A stretch of 64,000 bases of DNA from the human T2T-CHM13v2.0 reference genome, Homo sapiens (GCF_009914755.1 NC_060935.1); one strand, 5' to 3'. Counted from the stretch's first letter, positions 1-20,266 are shown. Program-made: numbers and translations. The notes: a model not told the origin generated them from the letters alone.

Positions 1-474
1 GCCAAAAGAAGAAATTTATAGGGCAAGATATTGGAGGGTCCTGAATATGGCACTTTTGTGTCCTCTCCTTGTGGAATCAGGACACATCTCCATTTCCAGC
101 ACATCAGAGTGTTTGCCAGCCAGGAAACTCAACTGAACTTTGGTGTTCAGTGTTTTTCTTAGGGTTTCATTACATAGGCAAGTTTGATTGAATTCTTAGG
201 CACATGATTGAACTTAATATCCAGCTCCCTTTTTCTCCATAAAGGTTGGATTGGTATCACCAGGCTCAGAGCCCCAATGTTCTAGTCACGTGGTTGATTT
301 TTATAGTGACCACCCCCCATCCTGAGTCATCTTATCAGCCTGAACTCATGTGTGATCCAAGGGACCCACCAGGAATAATAAAGACATTCCTATCACTGGG
401 AATATTCCAAAAGTTCAGTGGGTACCTCCCAGTAACCCAGGACAAAGATCTGCCAAATTCTTTATTATACAACA
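1..474. mobile_element. Partial LTR, MER21/MER77-like
   Basis: Resembles remembered MER21/77-type LTR text (aataataaagacattcctatcactgggaatattcc...caaattctttattatacaaca); subfamily uncertain. Confidence 0.55.
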
Positions 475-504
475 TTGAATAATTAAGTATGGAAGAACTG
501 GTAA

Positions 505-888
<384 letters not shown>

Positions 889-1366
889 GAATTGGCCTTT
901 TCTAATTAGCTACTTTCATATGACCCAGCTTTATTCATTTTTTATTTCTAAGTGTCTTTGCTCAAGAGTCAGATATGACAAGAGAAGAATCAGATTGGCG
1001 TAGTGTGGATTACAGATTTAAATAGGGTGTTGATGGTGGGAGTGTGTGTGTAGGGTTTGGAGAGAGCTGCAATTTCCAGCCCCTACAGGATCATATGAGG
1101 TTAGAGGAGTGGCAGTTCTTTAAAGGAAGGGTGGCTGGGTAGTTTTGTAGAATCCTTGAGAAATAGAATTACTGTTTGCATATTTGAGCCATTGGAAACA
1201 ATAACAGTGTCATTTTTGGAGAAGAATGATGGGAGGCACTGACCTAAGGGAATTCTCCTCTAACCATGGCTTTCATTTTTTCTAAGCAAAGTGCATCGTT
1301 ACTGTTTCTCTTCTCCTTTCCTGGACACTAGATTTTAAATGATGCTATCTGCCAAACAAAGTATAT

Positions 1367-1985
<619 letters not shown>

Positions 1986-2181
1986 AGTATTTCTTAAGTG
2001 GTAATTTCTTTCCTCGTTTTTATGAATCAAGACTTTGTACCTATCAATCTTTGATTCTATGAAATATGATTGCAGCTGAAAGCAAAAGAACCTGGTAGTC
2101 TAGTGTGCCTGTGGACTTTGCCATAGTAGTTGTTTCCAAAAGTTTTTGTTTCCAAAAGCCTGGTAGAAAATAAACATTACA

Positions 2182-2543
<362 letters not shown>

Positions 2544-2591
2544 CTACTCTTTGGACGATAGAATTTCTCTGCAGGAAGCAGTGGAGTAGTA

Positions 2592-3284
2592 CAGCAGGTT
2601 CCTGAATAACGTCACTTCATTCAACCTTGTTTGATTATAATGCTGTTGAAAATTAAAAAATTGCTTCCTTACTGGGACCATTGTCTCTTTGTGGAGTTTG
2701 CACATTTTCTCCATGTCTGCACGGGCTTTCTCCAGGTATATCAGTTTCCTCCCACATCCCGAAGATGTGCACTTTAGGTGAATTGGTGTGTCTAAATGGT
2801 CCCAATCTGAGTGAGGGAGAGGGAGAGAGAGGAGGGACGGAAGGAGGGTGGGCGGGGTGGGGGTGGGAGAGAGAGACAGAGAGAGACAGAGTGTGCGTGT
2901 GTATGTGGTGTGTGCGTATGTGTGCCCTGCAATGGAATGGCATCTGATTCAGGGTTGGTTACCACCTGGCACCCTGAGCTGCCGAGGATAGGCTCCAGCC
3001 ACTCTCAACCTTGAACTGAAGTAAGCAGGTAAATAATTATCTTACTTGCTTTAATCTTCCTTAAATGTATGTACAGGTCACGTTTATTTCATTGTGTAAT
3101 ATTAGGAGTGTTTTGGTCTTTATTTGTAAGTTTGGTGATGTTTTTGTGACCAGAAATATGCCATAATAACTTCACCCTTGTTTATATCAATTAGCCTCTG
3201 GTAAAATTGGTTTTGTTATACATGCTTTTGCTTAAAGTTGCAGTTTCCAACAAACCATTGATGACATTAATTGAGGACTTACTG
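2592..3284 (+). mobile_element. MER6/MER6A non-autonomous Tc1/mariner (Tigger group) DNA transposon
   Basis: TA|CAGCAGGTTCCTGAATAACGTC ... GACATTAATTGAGGACTTACTG|TA: imperfect terminal inverted repeats (TIRs) with TA duplication; internal gtggagtttgcaca...tttcctcccacatccc typical of MER6. Confidence 0.85.
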
Positions 3285-3321
3285 TACTGGAGAGCTAGGA
3301 AGCCTTTAGAAAGAACATCCA

Positions 3322-3632
3322 GGCCGGGTGCGGTGGCTCACGCCTGTAATCCTAGCACTTTTGAGAGGCTGAGGCGGGTGGATCACTTAAGGTCAGGAGT
3401 TCAAGACCTGCCTGGCCAACATGGTGAAACCCTGTCTCTATTAAAAATACAAAAATTAGCCAGGTGTGGTGGTGGGCATCTATAATCCCAGCTACTCGGG
3501 AGGCTGAGGCTGGAGAATTGTTTGAACCCAGGGTATGGAGGTTGCAGTAAGCTGAGATCGCAACTTCACTCCAGCCTGGGTGAAAGAGTGAAACTCCATC
3601 TCAAAAAAAAAAAAAAAAAGAAAGAAAGAAAG
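3322..3632 (+). mobile_element. Alu (S-type)
   Basis: Full Alu; degenerate TSD agaaagaacatccag / agaaagcacccag. Confidence 0.95.
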
Positions 3633-6184
3633 AAAGCACCCAGCAGAGCTGCTGACCTCTCTGTTGACACAACACAGGGAGGCCAGGTGGCATCAGACTT
3701 CTGTCTAAACCATTTCAAAAGTCAGATCCGTATGAAAGAGCTGGCAGCCCATTTTTGCTTTTACATAAACCTAATGAGAGATATGTTTAGTATTTTCTTT
3801 TAGTCATTAAAAAAATTATTTTTCTAAGTTAACCATCAAGTCATTTAGTTAAAAACCTCAGACATTAGTTGTTTGCTGCTGTATTTTTTGGAAGAATCAT
3901 ACAGTTGGCTTTTTCTTTCCCTTACATTCTTTCAGATAATTTTTGTATACTGATAATAAAAACAACTAGCATCCATGTAGTGATTTAACTTTTATCACAG
4001 TCATTTTATATTTATTTTAAATAGACACTTGAGGATAAAAAGTTTTACTTGTATTCCCATTTAATAAATAAGAAAACTGAGTATCTCTCACCCGAGGGTT
4101 CTACCTGTTTAATATATCTTATGTGCATCTCCGATGATACTACCTTAGCTCAACTTCATTACCTTTTTAAAAAGATATTTATTGAGTTGCAATTGACATA
4201 CAAAAAGGTGTAAATCTCTAAAGTTTACTATTTTTAAGATTTTGGTACATGTATACAATTGTGAAACCATCACTGCATTAAAGATGGTGAATATATTAAT
4301 CACCCCTGAAAGTTTTCTCATAGTCCTTTGTAGTCTCTGCTCCCCTAGCAACCACTGGTCTGCTTTCTGCCATAGATTAGTTTGCATTTGCTACAGTTTT
4401 ATGTAAATGGAGTTATATAATATGTACTTTTAAAAAATAATCTGGCCACTTTCACTCAGTGTAACTATTTTGAGGTTCACTTATGTTTTGCATGTGTAAA
4501 TAGTTAACTTGTTTTTATTGCTTAGTAGTAGTCCATTGTAGAGACATACCACAATTTATTTACCTATTTAGCTACTGGGAGACATTGAGCTGCTTTTAGT
4601 TTTTGGCTATTACAAATAAAGCTGCTATGAACATTCACATGTAAGTCTGTATGGACATATATTTTCTTTTCTCTTAGGTAAATACCTAGGAGTGGAATGA
4701 CTAGATGATATGGTAGGTATATGTTTTTAAGAAACTGTCAAACTGTTTTCTAAAATAGTTGTATTTTTTATATTCCCACCAGCAGTATATGACATTTTCA
4801 GTTCTTCCATATCTTTACAAACACTTGGTATGGTTGGTCTACTTAATTTTAGCCATTCTGATAGTATAATGATCGTGGTTTTATTTTGTATTTGCCTAAT
4901 GACTAACAATGTTGAGCATCCTTTTATGTACATGTTTCCATTCATATCTCTTTTTTGGTAGAGTATCTGTTAAATCTTTTGTCTGCTTTTTATTGGGTTG
5001 TTTTTCTAAATTGAGTTTTGAGAATTCTTTATATATTCTCCATTTAAGTCTTTTATCAAATATATACTTTGCTAAGATTTTCTCCAGATCTGTGGCTTGT
5101 CCTATCAGTCTTTTAACAGTGTCTTTTGAAGAGCAGAAAGTTGTAATTTTGACGAAGTCCAGTTTATCAATTTGTTTTTTAACAGATCATGCTTTTGGTA
5201 TTGTATCTAATAAATCTTTGCCTAACCCAGGATCACACAAAGATTTCTTTCTGTTTCTTTCTAGAAGTTTTGTAGTTTTATGTTTTACATTTAGGTCTAT
5301 AATTCATTTTGTATTAATTTTTATATGTGGTGTGAAATATGGAACTTACTTCTTTATTGTGCTTACACGTGGTCCCAATTGTTCTAGAACCGTTTTTAGA
5401 AATGCTGTTCTTTTCTTCATTGCATTGCCACACCTCTCATCTTTTGTCAAAAATCAGTTGTTTAAGCTGAGTGCAGTAGCATACACTGTAGTCCCAGCTA
5501 TTCAGGTGGCTGAGGTGGGGTGGGTGGGTGAAAACTGCTTGAGCCCAGGAGTTGGAGTCCAGCCAGGGCAGCATAGCAAGAACCTGTTTCTAAAAAACAA
5601 GCAAACAAAAATGCCTCAAGTTGTTTGTATAAGTGTGAGTTTATTTTTGGACTCTATTATGATACGCTGATCTATCTGTCTGTCTTTATGCCAGTACCAT
5701 GCTATTTTGATTACCATAGAATTATAATAATTCTTTCAATCAGGTAGTGTTAGCCCTCCAACTTTGTTCTTTTTCAAGTTATTTTGGCTGTTTCAGGTCC
5801 TTGAATAAACCTGTCAATTTCTACAAAAAAGCCTGGTGGGATTTTGAATAGGATTGCATTGAATCTATAGATGAGTTTGAGAGAACTGACATCTTCAAAA
5901 TACTGATGTTCTTTCAACCCATAAACAAAGTACATCTCTCCATTTATTTAAGAGATACACTTTCTCTGGGTACTATTTTTTGGTCTTTCACATTTAGAAC
6001 TTTCACATCTTTTGTCAGATTTATCACTAAGTAGTTCATAGTTTTTTATGCTGTTGTATATGGTATTTTTTAAAATCATGGTAAAATACATATAACAAAA
6101 TTTACTATGTAAATGGTATTTTAAAATAATTTCTGATTGTTGCTTATATACAGAAATGTAATTGATTTTTATATATTGATTTTA

Positions 6185-6654
<470 letters not shown>

Positions 6655-6747
6655 AAACTAAAAATGTATATTCTATGAAGTGCTAAACTCATTTAGTAGA
6701 TTTCATCACATTTTTTTCCATAGACAGTCATGTTTATCTGCCAATAA

Positions 6748-7174
<427 letters not shown>

Positions 7175-7224
7175 TGTTTCTGATCTTAGAAAACATTCAG
7201 TCTTTCACCATAAAATATAATGTT

Positions 7225-7633
<409 letters not shown>

Positions 7634-8545
7634 TTATCAAATGAGTTTTCTGTGTCTATTGAGATGATTGCATGGTTTTTCTGTTTGTTTGTTAATTTGA
7701 TAAATTACAGTGACTGAGTTTTGAGTGTAAAGCTAACCCTGCATTCTTGGGATAAATCCCCTTGGTCATAATGTATTATCCTTTCACTGTATTGTTGGAT
7801 TAGATTTGCTAAAATTTTGTTTTAAATTTTTATGTCTTTGTTCATGAAGGATACTGGTTTGTAGTTTTCTTAAAATGTCTTTGTTTTTGGTATCAGGATA
7901 ATGTTTGTCTCATAGGATGAATTATGAAGTATTCCTCAAGTTTTTTTGAAGAGTTCATGTAGAATTGGTATTATTTTTTCTTAAATATTTGATAGAATTC
8001 AGCAGTGAAGCTAACTGAGCTTAGAGTTTTCTTTGTGGGAAGGTTTTTAATTTTAGTGTCAATTTCTTTAATAGGTATAAGGCTGTTCAGGTTATCTATT
8101 TCTTGAGTGAGCTTAGGTACTTTGTGTCTTTCAAGAAATTTGTCTATTTCACCTGTGTTGTCAAATTTACTGGTATATGTTAATAAAATTGCCTTATTTT
8201 AATGTCTGTAAAATCAGTAATAATGTCTCATTACTGATCTTAATAATTTGTGTCTTCTTTTCTTTACTGATTGGTCTTATTAGATCTTTGTTAATTTTAC
8301 AGAACCAGTGTTTGGTTTTATTGATTTTTCTCTGGTTTCTATTTCATTGATTTCCACTTTGATCTGTATTATTTTCTTTCATCTGCTACTTTGGATATCA
8401 TTTGCTCTTTTATTTTTTAGTTTGGTAAGGTGAAAACTAAGGTCACCAGTATGAGACCTTTCTTCTTTTCTAATACAGAATTTAGTGCTGTAAATCTCCC
8501 TTAACTACTGCTTTAGAGGCATGTCCCAAATTCTGGTGTATTGTG

Positions 8546-8800
8546 TTTTTTTTTTTTTTTTCCTCTTTTCCAACTGATTTATTAGTAGCGCAGACGAATA
8601 AAAATACCTAGAGTGAAGACACAATTAATGGCAAATGTTCTCCTATTACTTTTTTTCCTGATATAATCTTCAATAACTTAGTATCCCTTAATAATATGTT
8701 CTAATTTGAGAGATTCTTTTTGCCCTGGAAATGCATACCTTTAAAATCTGTTTTAGACCTTAGATCCATCCATTATTGGTTTATCATTATATTGGATGAA
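8546..8800 (-). pseudogene. Candidate 5'-truncated retrocopy or orphan 3' transduction of an unidentified RNA
   Basis: T16 head; minus-strand AATAAA 16 nt from the tail; non-L1 body; degenerate TSD; interrupts L1M. Confidence 0.6.
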
Positions 8801-9114
8801 ATGTTGTGCTTTTTTTTTTGACTTAGCTCAAAATATTTTATATTTCCTTTTTGACATCTTTAGTTCACAAGTTATTTAGAAGCAAGTTATTTAGTTTCCA
8901 AACATTTGGAGATTTTTTTTAGACTTTTTTAGTTATTGATCTCTAATTTAATTCCATTGTGATCTGAGATCATACTTTATGTGACTTGAAGCCTTTAAAA
9001 AATTTTAAGATTTTTTTCTTTCATGTCCTAGGACATGGTCTATCTTGTTAAATATCCCATGTGCACTTGTATGTGTTCTGTTGGGTGGAGAGTTCTATAA
9101 ATGTCAATCAGGTC

Positions 9115-10242
9115 TGTTTTTGTTGTTTTGCTTTTTTTTTTTTTTTTCAACTTTTAAGTTCCAGGGTACATGTGCAGGATGTGCAGGTTTGTTATATAGG
9201 TAAATGTGTGCCATGGTGGTTTTCTGCACAGATAACCCGTCACCTAGGTGTTTAGCCCTGCAGCCATTAGCTGTTCTTCCTGATGCTTTCGCTCCTCCCA
9301 CTCCCCTGACAATGTATGTTGTTCCCCCTGATGTGTCTGTGTGTTCTCATCGTTGAGCTCTCACTTGCAAGTGAGAACATGCACTGTTTGGTTTTCCATT
9401 CTTGCGTGAATTTGCTGAGGATAACAGCTTCCAACTCTATTCATGTCCCTGCAAAGGACATGATCTCGTTCCTTTTCATGGGTGCATAGTATTCCATGGT
9501 ATATATATACCACATTTTCTTTATGCAGTCTTTCATTGATGGGCATTTGGGTTGATTCCATGTCTTTGCTATTGTGAATAGTGCTGCAGTGAACATACAT
9601 GTGCATTTATCTTTATAATAGAATGGTTTATATTCCTTTGGGTGTATACCCAGTAATGAGATTGCTGGGTCAAATGGTATTTCTGCTTCTGGATCTTTGA
9701 GGAATCACCACAGTGTCTTCCACAATGGTGAACTAATTTGCATTCCCACCAACAGTGTAAAAGTGTTCCTTTTTCTCTGCAACCTTGCCAGCATCTGTTG
9801 TTTCTTGACTTTTTAGTAATTGCCATTCTGACTGGTATGAGATGGTATCTCATTGTGGTTTTGATTTGCATTTCTCTAATGATCAGTGACGTTGAGCTTT
9901 TTTCATATGTTTGTTGGTCGCATGAATATCTTCTTTTGAGAAGTATCTGTTCATGTCTTTTGCCCACTTTTTAATGGGGTTGTTTATTTTTTCTTTGTAT
10001 ATTTGTTTAAGTTCCTTGAGGACTCTGGATATTAGACCTTTGTCAGATGGATAGATTGCAAACATTTTCTCCCATTCTGTACCATTCAGGACATAGGCAC
10101 AGGCAAAAGTTTCATGATGAAAATGCCAAAAGCAAATGCAACACAAGCAAAAACTGACAAATGGGATCTAATTAAAGAGCCTCTGTATAGCAAAAGTAAC
10201 TATCATCGGAGTGAACAGGCAACCTACAGAGTGGGAGAAAAT
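9115..10242 (-). mobile_element. 5'-inverted L1PA (about PA8-PA11), twin-priming structure
   Basis: Antisense 3' end 9115-10080 joined to a sense ORF2 piece 10081-10242; TSD aatcaggtc at 9106-9114 and 10240-10248. Confidence 0.9.
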
Positions 10243-10313
10243 CAGGTCATGTTGGTTGATGGTATTGTTCAAGTCTACATATCTTTATCAATTTTCCACC
10301 TACTTGTTCTATC

Positions 10314-10630
10314 TTTTTCCTTTCTTTTCTTTCTTTCTTTCTTTTTTTTTTTTGAGATGGAGTCTCGCTCTGTTGCCCAGGCTAGAGTGCAGTAGCATGA
10401 TCTCGGCTCACTGCAACCTCCGCCTCCTGGGTTCAGGCAATTCTCCTGCCTCAGCCTCCTGAGTAGCTGGAATTACAGGTGTGTCCCACCATCCCTGGCT
10501 AGTTTTTGGATTTTTAGTAGAGACAGGGTTTCACCATGTTGACTGGTCTCGAACTCCTGACCTCAAGTGATCTGCCTTCCTCAACCTCACAAAGTACTGG
10601 AATTACAGGCGTGAGCCACTGCATCCAGCC
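10314..10630 (-). mobile_element. Alu (S-type)
   Basis: Full Alu; TSD tacttgttctatc. Confidence 0.95.
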
Positions 10631-11318
10631 TGCATACTTGTTCTATCAATTGTTAGAGAGGAGTATTTAAGTTTCCAGTTATAACTGTGGATTTGCCTAT
10701 TTTTCCTTGTAGTTTCTGGTTCACGTATTTTGAAGCTCTGTTACTAGGTGCATAAAGATTTAGGATGATTATTTCTTAGTGATTAACTGACCCCTTCAAC
10801 ATTATGAAATGAACTGCTTTATCCTTCGTGGTAATCTTTGCTCTGAAATCTACTTTGATAAAAATATAGCTGTCTTTTGACTGTTGTTAGTTTGGAATGT
10901 CTTTTTCCATCCCTCTACATTTAATCTATTTGTATTTTTATATTTAAAGTACATTTCCTGTAGGTGCATATAGTTGGGTCCTATATATATATATGTATAT
11001 TTTGCAATGTGACAATATCTGTTAATTGCATTATTTAGACCATTTACGTTTGGTGTGATTATTAATATGATTAATCAAATATGATTGATATGATTATTAA
11101 TATAAGATAATTTAGGTTAGTCCATTTTCTTGCTATTTGTTTTCCGTTTGTCCCATCTGTTCTTTAATTCCTTTTCCTACCTTTTCTGCTTTCTTTTGGG
11201 TTAATTCAGTATTTTTTATAATTCAATTGTATTTTCTTTGTTGGCTTATTAGATATAACTGGTATTTTAGTGGTTGCTTTAGGAGATAAAAGATATGTAT
11301 CTTTAACTCATCACAGTC

Positions 11319-11614
11319 TTTTTTTTTTTTTTGAGACAGAGTCTTGCTTTGTAACCCAGGCTGGAGTGCAGTGGTGTGATCTTGGCTTACTGCAACCTCT
11401 GTCTCTTGGGTTCAAGAGATTCTCGTGCCCCAGCCTCCTGAGTAGCTGGAATAACAGGTGCATGCCACTACGCCCAGCTAATTTTTGTATTTTTAATAGA
11501 GATGGGGTTTTGCCATGTTGGTCAGGCTGGTCTCGAACTCCTGACTTCAGGTGATCCGCCTACCTCGGCTTCCCAAAGTACTGGTGTTACAGATCTGAGC
11601 CACTGCACTGGGCC
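11319..11614 (-). mobile_element. Alu (S-type)
   Basis: Full antisense Alu. Confidence 0.95.
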
Positions 11615-11668
11615 TACTTTCAAGATATATTATAACATGTCACATGTAGTATAAGAAGCTTCCAGTAG

Positions 11669-11709
11669 CACATATACCCTAAAACTTAAAGTATAATAAT
11701 AATAAAAAA
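11669..11709 (+). mobile_element. Ultra-truncated young L1PA 3' tip (41 bp)
   Basis: cacatataccctaaaacttaaagtataataataataaaaaa between perfect 16-bp TSDs aagaagcttccagtag. Confidence 0.92.
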
Positions 11710-12437
11710 AAGAAGCTTCCAGTAGTGTATTTTCATTTCCCTCTCTCAAGCTTAGATTTTAATCCTTGCACTGTGGCTTGGAAATTCAAGGCCATAAGCT
11801 GGGGCAATTGTATAACTTCCCTCATTTGTTTCCTATCTCTCAAGAGTCATTGTCCTTTGTAGGCTGATGTCCAGTGTCCTGAAAACCATTATTTCATATA
11901 TGTTGTCTTTTTTGGGAGGGGTAATTTTAATTCAGGAGGGAGGGTAAATTCCATCTCTGGTACTTCAGCTTACCCTGAAACAGAAGTGTCAGCTGAATCT
12001 TCTTTTGCTTGGGCCGTTGTTCTTCATATACCATTATTCTTGGCCCAGCCTAGCTCTACTGCTATGTATCTTTCACTTGGTTCCAGATCTGACGAGGTCT
12101 TTGCTTACATTTTTCAGAGTTTTCCCATTTTTCTCTCATACATGAAACAAACAAGTTAGGGCATCAAATTTCTGGGTGTAAGAAATATTCTCAAATGGAA
12201 GTTGGAGAAATAAAGATACTGTTAAAAATGTTACAAGTAAATACCTGTATAGCAATAAATAGTAATCATGTTATTTTGAAAGAATAAATACTGGCTTTCC
12301 TATTGGTCGGATAACCCTTCAGCTTGTGTAGGAGTAGCGATAAGCTTAGATCACAACTGCTGTCTCATTTGAGACTCAACAGAATAAGATATCCAAAGCT
12401 TAGTAATTTTTGATGAAAAAAAATTATAGAAAATGTT

Positions 12438-12885
12438 GGCTCTGTGTGGTGACTCATGCCTGCAATTCCAGCCCTGTGAGAGGATCACTTGAGCCCCAGA
12501 GGTTGAGGCTACAGTGAGCTATGGTCATGCCACTGTACTTCAGCCTGGGTGACAGAATGAAACCCTATCTCTGAAAAAAAGAAAGAAGCTGGGCGTGGTG
12601 GCTCATGTCTGTAATCCCATCACTTTGGGAGGCTGAGGCAGGTGGATCACAAGGTCAGGAGTTCAAGATCAGCTTGGCCAACATGGTGCAACCCCGTCTC
12701 TACTAAAAATACAAAAATTAGCTGGGCATGGTGGCGGGCACCTGTAATCACGGCTACTCGGGAGGCTGAGGCAGATAATTGCTTGAACCCAGGAGGCAGA
12801 GGTTGCAGTGAGCTGAGATCATGCCACTGCACTCCAGCCTGGGCAACAGAGTAAGACTCCATCTCAAAAAAAAAAAAAAAAAAAC
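12438..12885 (+). mobile_element. Deleted AluJ/monomer followed by full AluS
   Basis: Two Alu bodies, each with an A-rich tail. Confidence 0.9.
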
Positions 12886-13039
12886 GAAAGAAAGAAAATG
12901 TCAGTGATTTTTTTTTCATGTTTATCTGTGAGATGTTAGTCAGATGTATTGAAATTAAATGTCCATCTGTAATCTCAAAATGAATTACCTTATCTGGGAG
13001 AAAAGAGTAATATGTACACATAAATAAAAATCTGATGAT

Positions 13040-13334
<295 letters not shown>

Positions 13335-13519
13335 CTGATGGTATTTTATATCTTGAGAGTTTATTTATATTTTAATGCTGTAGTTCTCTGTTATTCCTTA
13401 TCTACCTCTGTGGTATTGGCCCTAGAAGGTAGTGTTTTTCTCCTATAATTTATGTAAACATTTCTGTGTTAAAAATTTACTGAGTACCTTCTATATACTA
13501 GGCATTGTGCTAGATGAGT

Positions 13520-16400
<2,881 letters not shown>

Positions 16401-16978
16401 TTTTTGTAATATATCCTAAAATAAAAAATCAGTGTTCTAAAATGCCAGGGGTTTGGCAGTCTTTAATAACTTTAGTTTTTGTAGCTACCTCAGAATAAAA
16501 CAGGAGGTTTTATTGATTTTTACATGAAAATTGTTCTTAATCATAAAAGGTCTGTTCCTTTCTATAAAACATAGTATGGAGACCAGGGTATATCTTTACT
16601 ACCCAAGATGCTAACTGGACACCAGTTTCTGGGATTCTTTGTGGATATGTGTCATTAGTACTTTTTAATTTTTTTATACCTCCCCCCTTTACCTCCATAA
16701 GTAGTCTGTGGGGGTAAGTGATACTTTTTTGTGAGAAAACATAATATAAATACTGATGGGATGGACAACAAGTGATCCAGGACCCACAGATTGCCATCAT
16801 TTGTTCATTCGAAGAAGATACTAGAGGTGGTATTTATGTTGTACTTATTTTTATCTCATTGTTTAATTTTTATGTGTGTTTTACAATCTATCTAATGTTA
16901 GTAAATGAATCTAATTTATAAACACATATACGTATATTGGCAATGTGTGTACAAAGCTTTTTTTTTACAGGTAGATTA

Positions 16979-17297
<319 letters not shown>

Positions 17298-18096
17298 ATA
17301 GGAGTTAAGTCACCCTGTGTGTCTCTCTTGTGAAGGATGGTTTGTTGTGTAGAACTCCAGGGGTTAGCCTTCTCTGATTCGGTGTAGCATTGTTTGTCAT
17401 TTTGCCCAGAGGTGTAGTCTTTGATCTGGCTAGGGGCCACATGGACAGGCTCAGGGGATGGGAGACTTATGACATTAGGACATTGACTCTTGCTTGCATG
17501 TCCTCCTGGGATTTGGACATATGAGTCATTTGGAGTCTGTATCTGTACTAAGCTCTCCTTGCCAAATTCTGCAGCCTGTCACTGATAGCCACAGCTCTCT
17601 GTACTTGCTGTTGCCTTCTTCCTCACTCTGGCCCAGGGATTCTTCCTATCTTCTCTTTGGAATGAGAAAACAGAACAAGACTTTTAACTTTTAGGTGCTT
17701 GAACCTTGGGGACAGGGAGCCCTGATATATCAGCTGGTCTGTTGAATGAGATCTTCATGCTGGAACTCAGGGTTGCTATCTGAGATACAGATGTTATAGA
17801 GGATACAGCTCATCCTGGCTTGTTTTGTTCAGACTATAGTGACTCCAGGTGGACACCATGCTGCCAAACCCTACCTAGATAGGGCATCTGCCTAGGTAAC
17901 AGAATGATATATGCAGATAAAAACAACAACAACAAACAAACCAAAACAATCTTGAGGTTTGGTCTGACATGCTGAAGCTATTCTCCTTTTCCCCTACAGC
18001 TTAGCTATGTAGGAGCGATTATTCTAGAGTCCATCTTCAGTGGAGTGTATTGGCCCCCTTGGCAACCCCGTGCCTCACTTAATGCAGTGTTTAGAG

Positions 18097-18293
18097 CAGT
18101 GGTTCTCAGCTGGGGGCAGTTTTTCCCTTCCATGGGATGTTGAACAATATCTGGAGACATTTTTTAATTGTCATGATTGGCAGCATGTTACTGGCATCTA
18201 TGTTGTTAAACATCCTGCAATGCACAGGACAGCCTCCACAACGAAGGATTATCTCATCTAAAATGTCATTGGGGCAGAGGCTCAGAAACTCTG
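18097..18293 (+). mobile_element. MER20 (hAT-Charlie)
   Basis: cagtggttctca...agaaactctg; 8-bp TSD gtttagag / gtctagag; internal aaacatcctgcaatgcacaggacagcc. Confidence 0.88.
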
Positions 18294-18689
18294 GTCTAGA
18301 GTGACTTCTGCCTGTCACCACTGTGGTGTAGGGTGCTGATAGAGGAGTTTCTGCATGCCAAGATTCTATGCCCAGACTTGTATCAAGGCATCCTCCCAGT
18401 AGACAAAAGGCCCTTGATGTACTGCTGGCCTCAGACCTTCTAGCAATAAAAAAGTAGCCTTCTTTCCACTACACTCCAAGCAGAAAGGCCCCTTTGTGCT
18501 GGATGAGGTCGACTTCCCTTGGCAGCAGTGGCAGGAGTGTGTTGTTCTCTGTACTTTACAGGCTAGCACTTGTCTGTCTGCCTTATATCTGTGTGTCACT
18601 CTCTTATGCCTTCATTACCTGACACTCCAGACCATAGTAAATGATAACATCTGCAATGCGTTAGGATATATATTCATTTTCAGGAATAA

Positions 18690-19502
<813 letters not shown>

Positions 19503-19907
19503 TAACCCCAGCTCTGTCATCCTTCTTTTCTCAACGGTATCTCTTGGAAATTAATTTATCTTTTTCTTCCAACATATTCTAGTCTGGGAATTAGAAATAT
19601 AACCAAGCACTGACTAAGCACCCTTCACTTAAGCTTCTAGTATCTTGTCTCCTAGGATGCATTCCTGGACACACTGTGTCTGCCTCATTTCCTTCCCCTG
19701 CCACCTTTCCCTTCTCACCTCCCATGCCTCTGCAAATAGTCTAATCTTCCCCCAAAGGCACTCAGCTTCAGAGCTTTCCTTCTGAACTCCAGCATCTTCT
19801 TGAGGACATTAAGAGATTGGAGCATTCTTGCCTTCAACTTTATTTTATTCAGGATGTCTCCCTGATTATCTGCTTTGCATCACATCCTGGGCTGAGAGGA
19901 ATGCCTG

Positions 19908-20266
<359 letters not shown>

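Noticed and set aside
4909-5670. 253-aa hydrophobic ORF
   Set aside because: It is the antisense reading of an old L1M running into an Alu monomer. T-rich composition explains the F/L/V/S bias, and there is no exon or promoter context.
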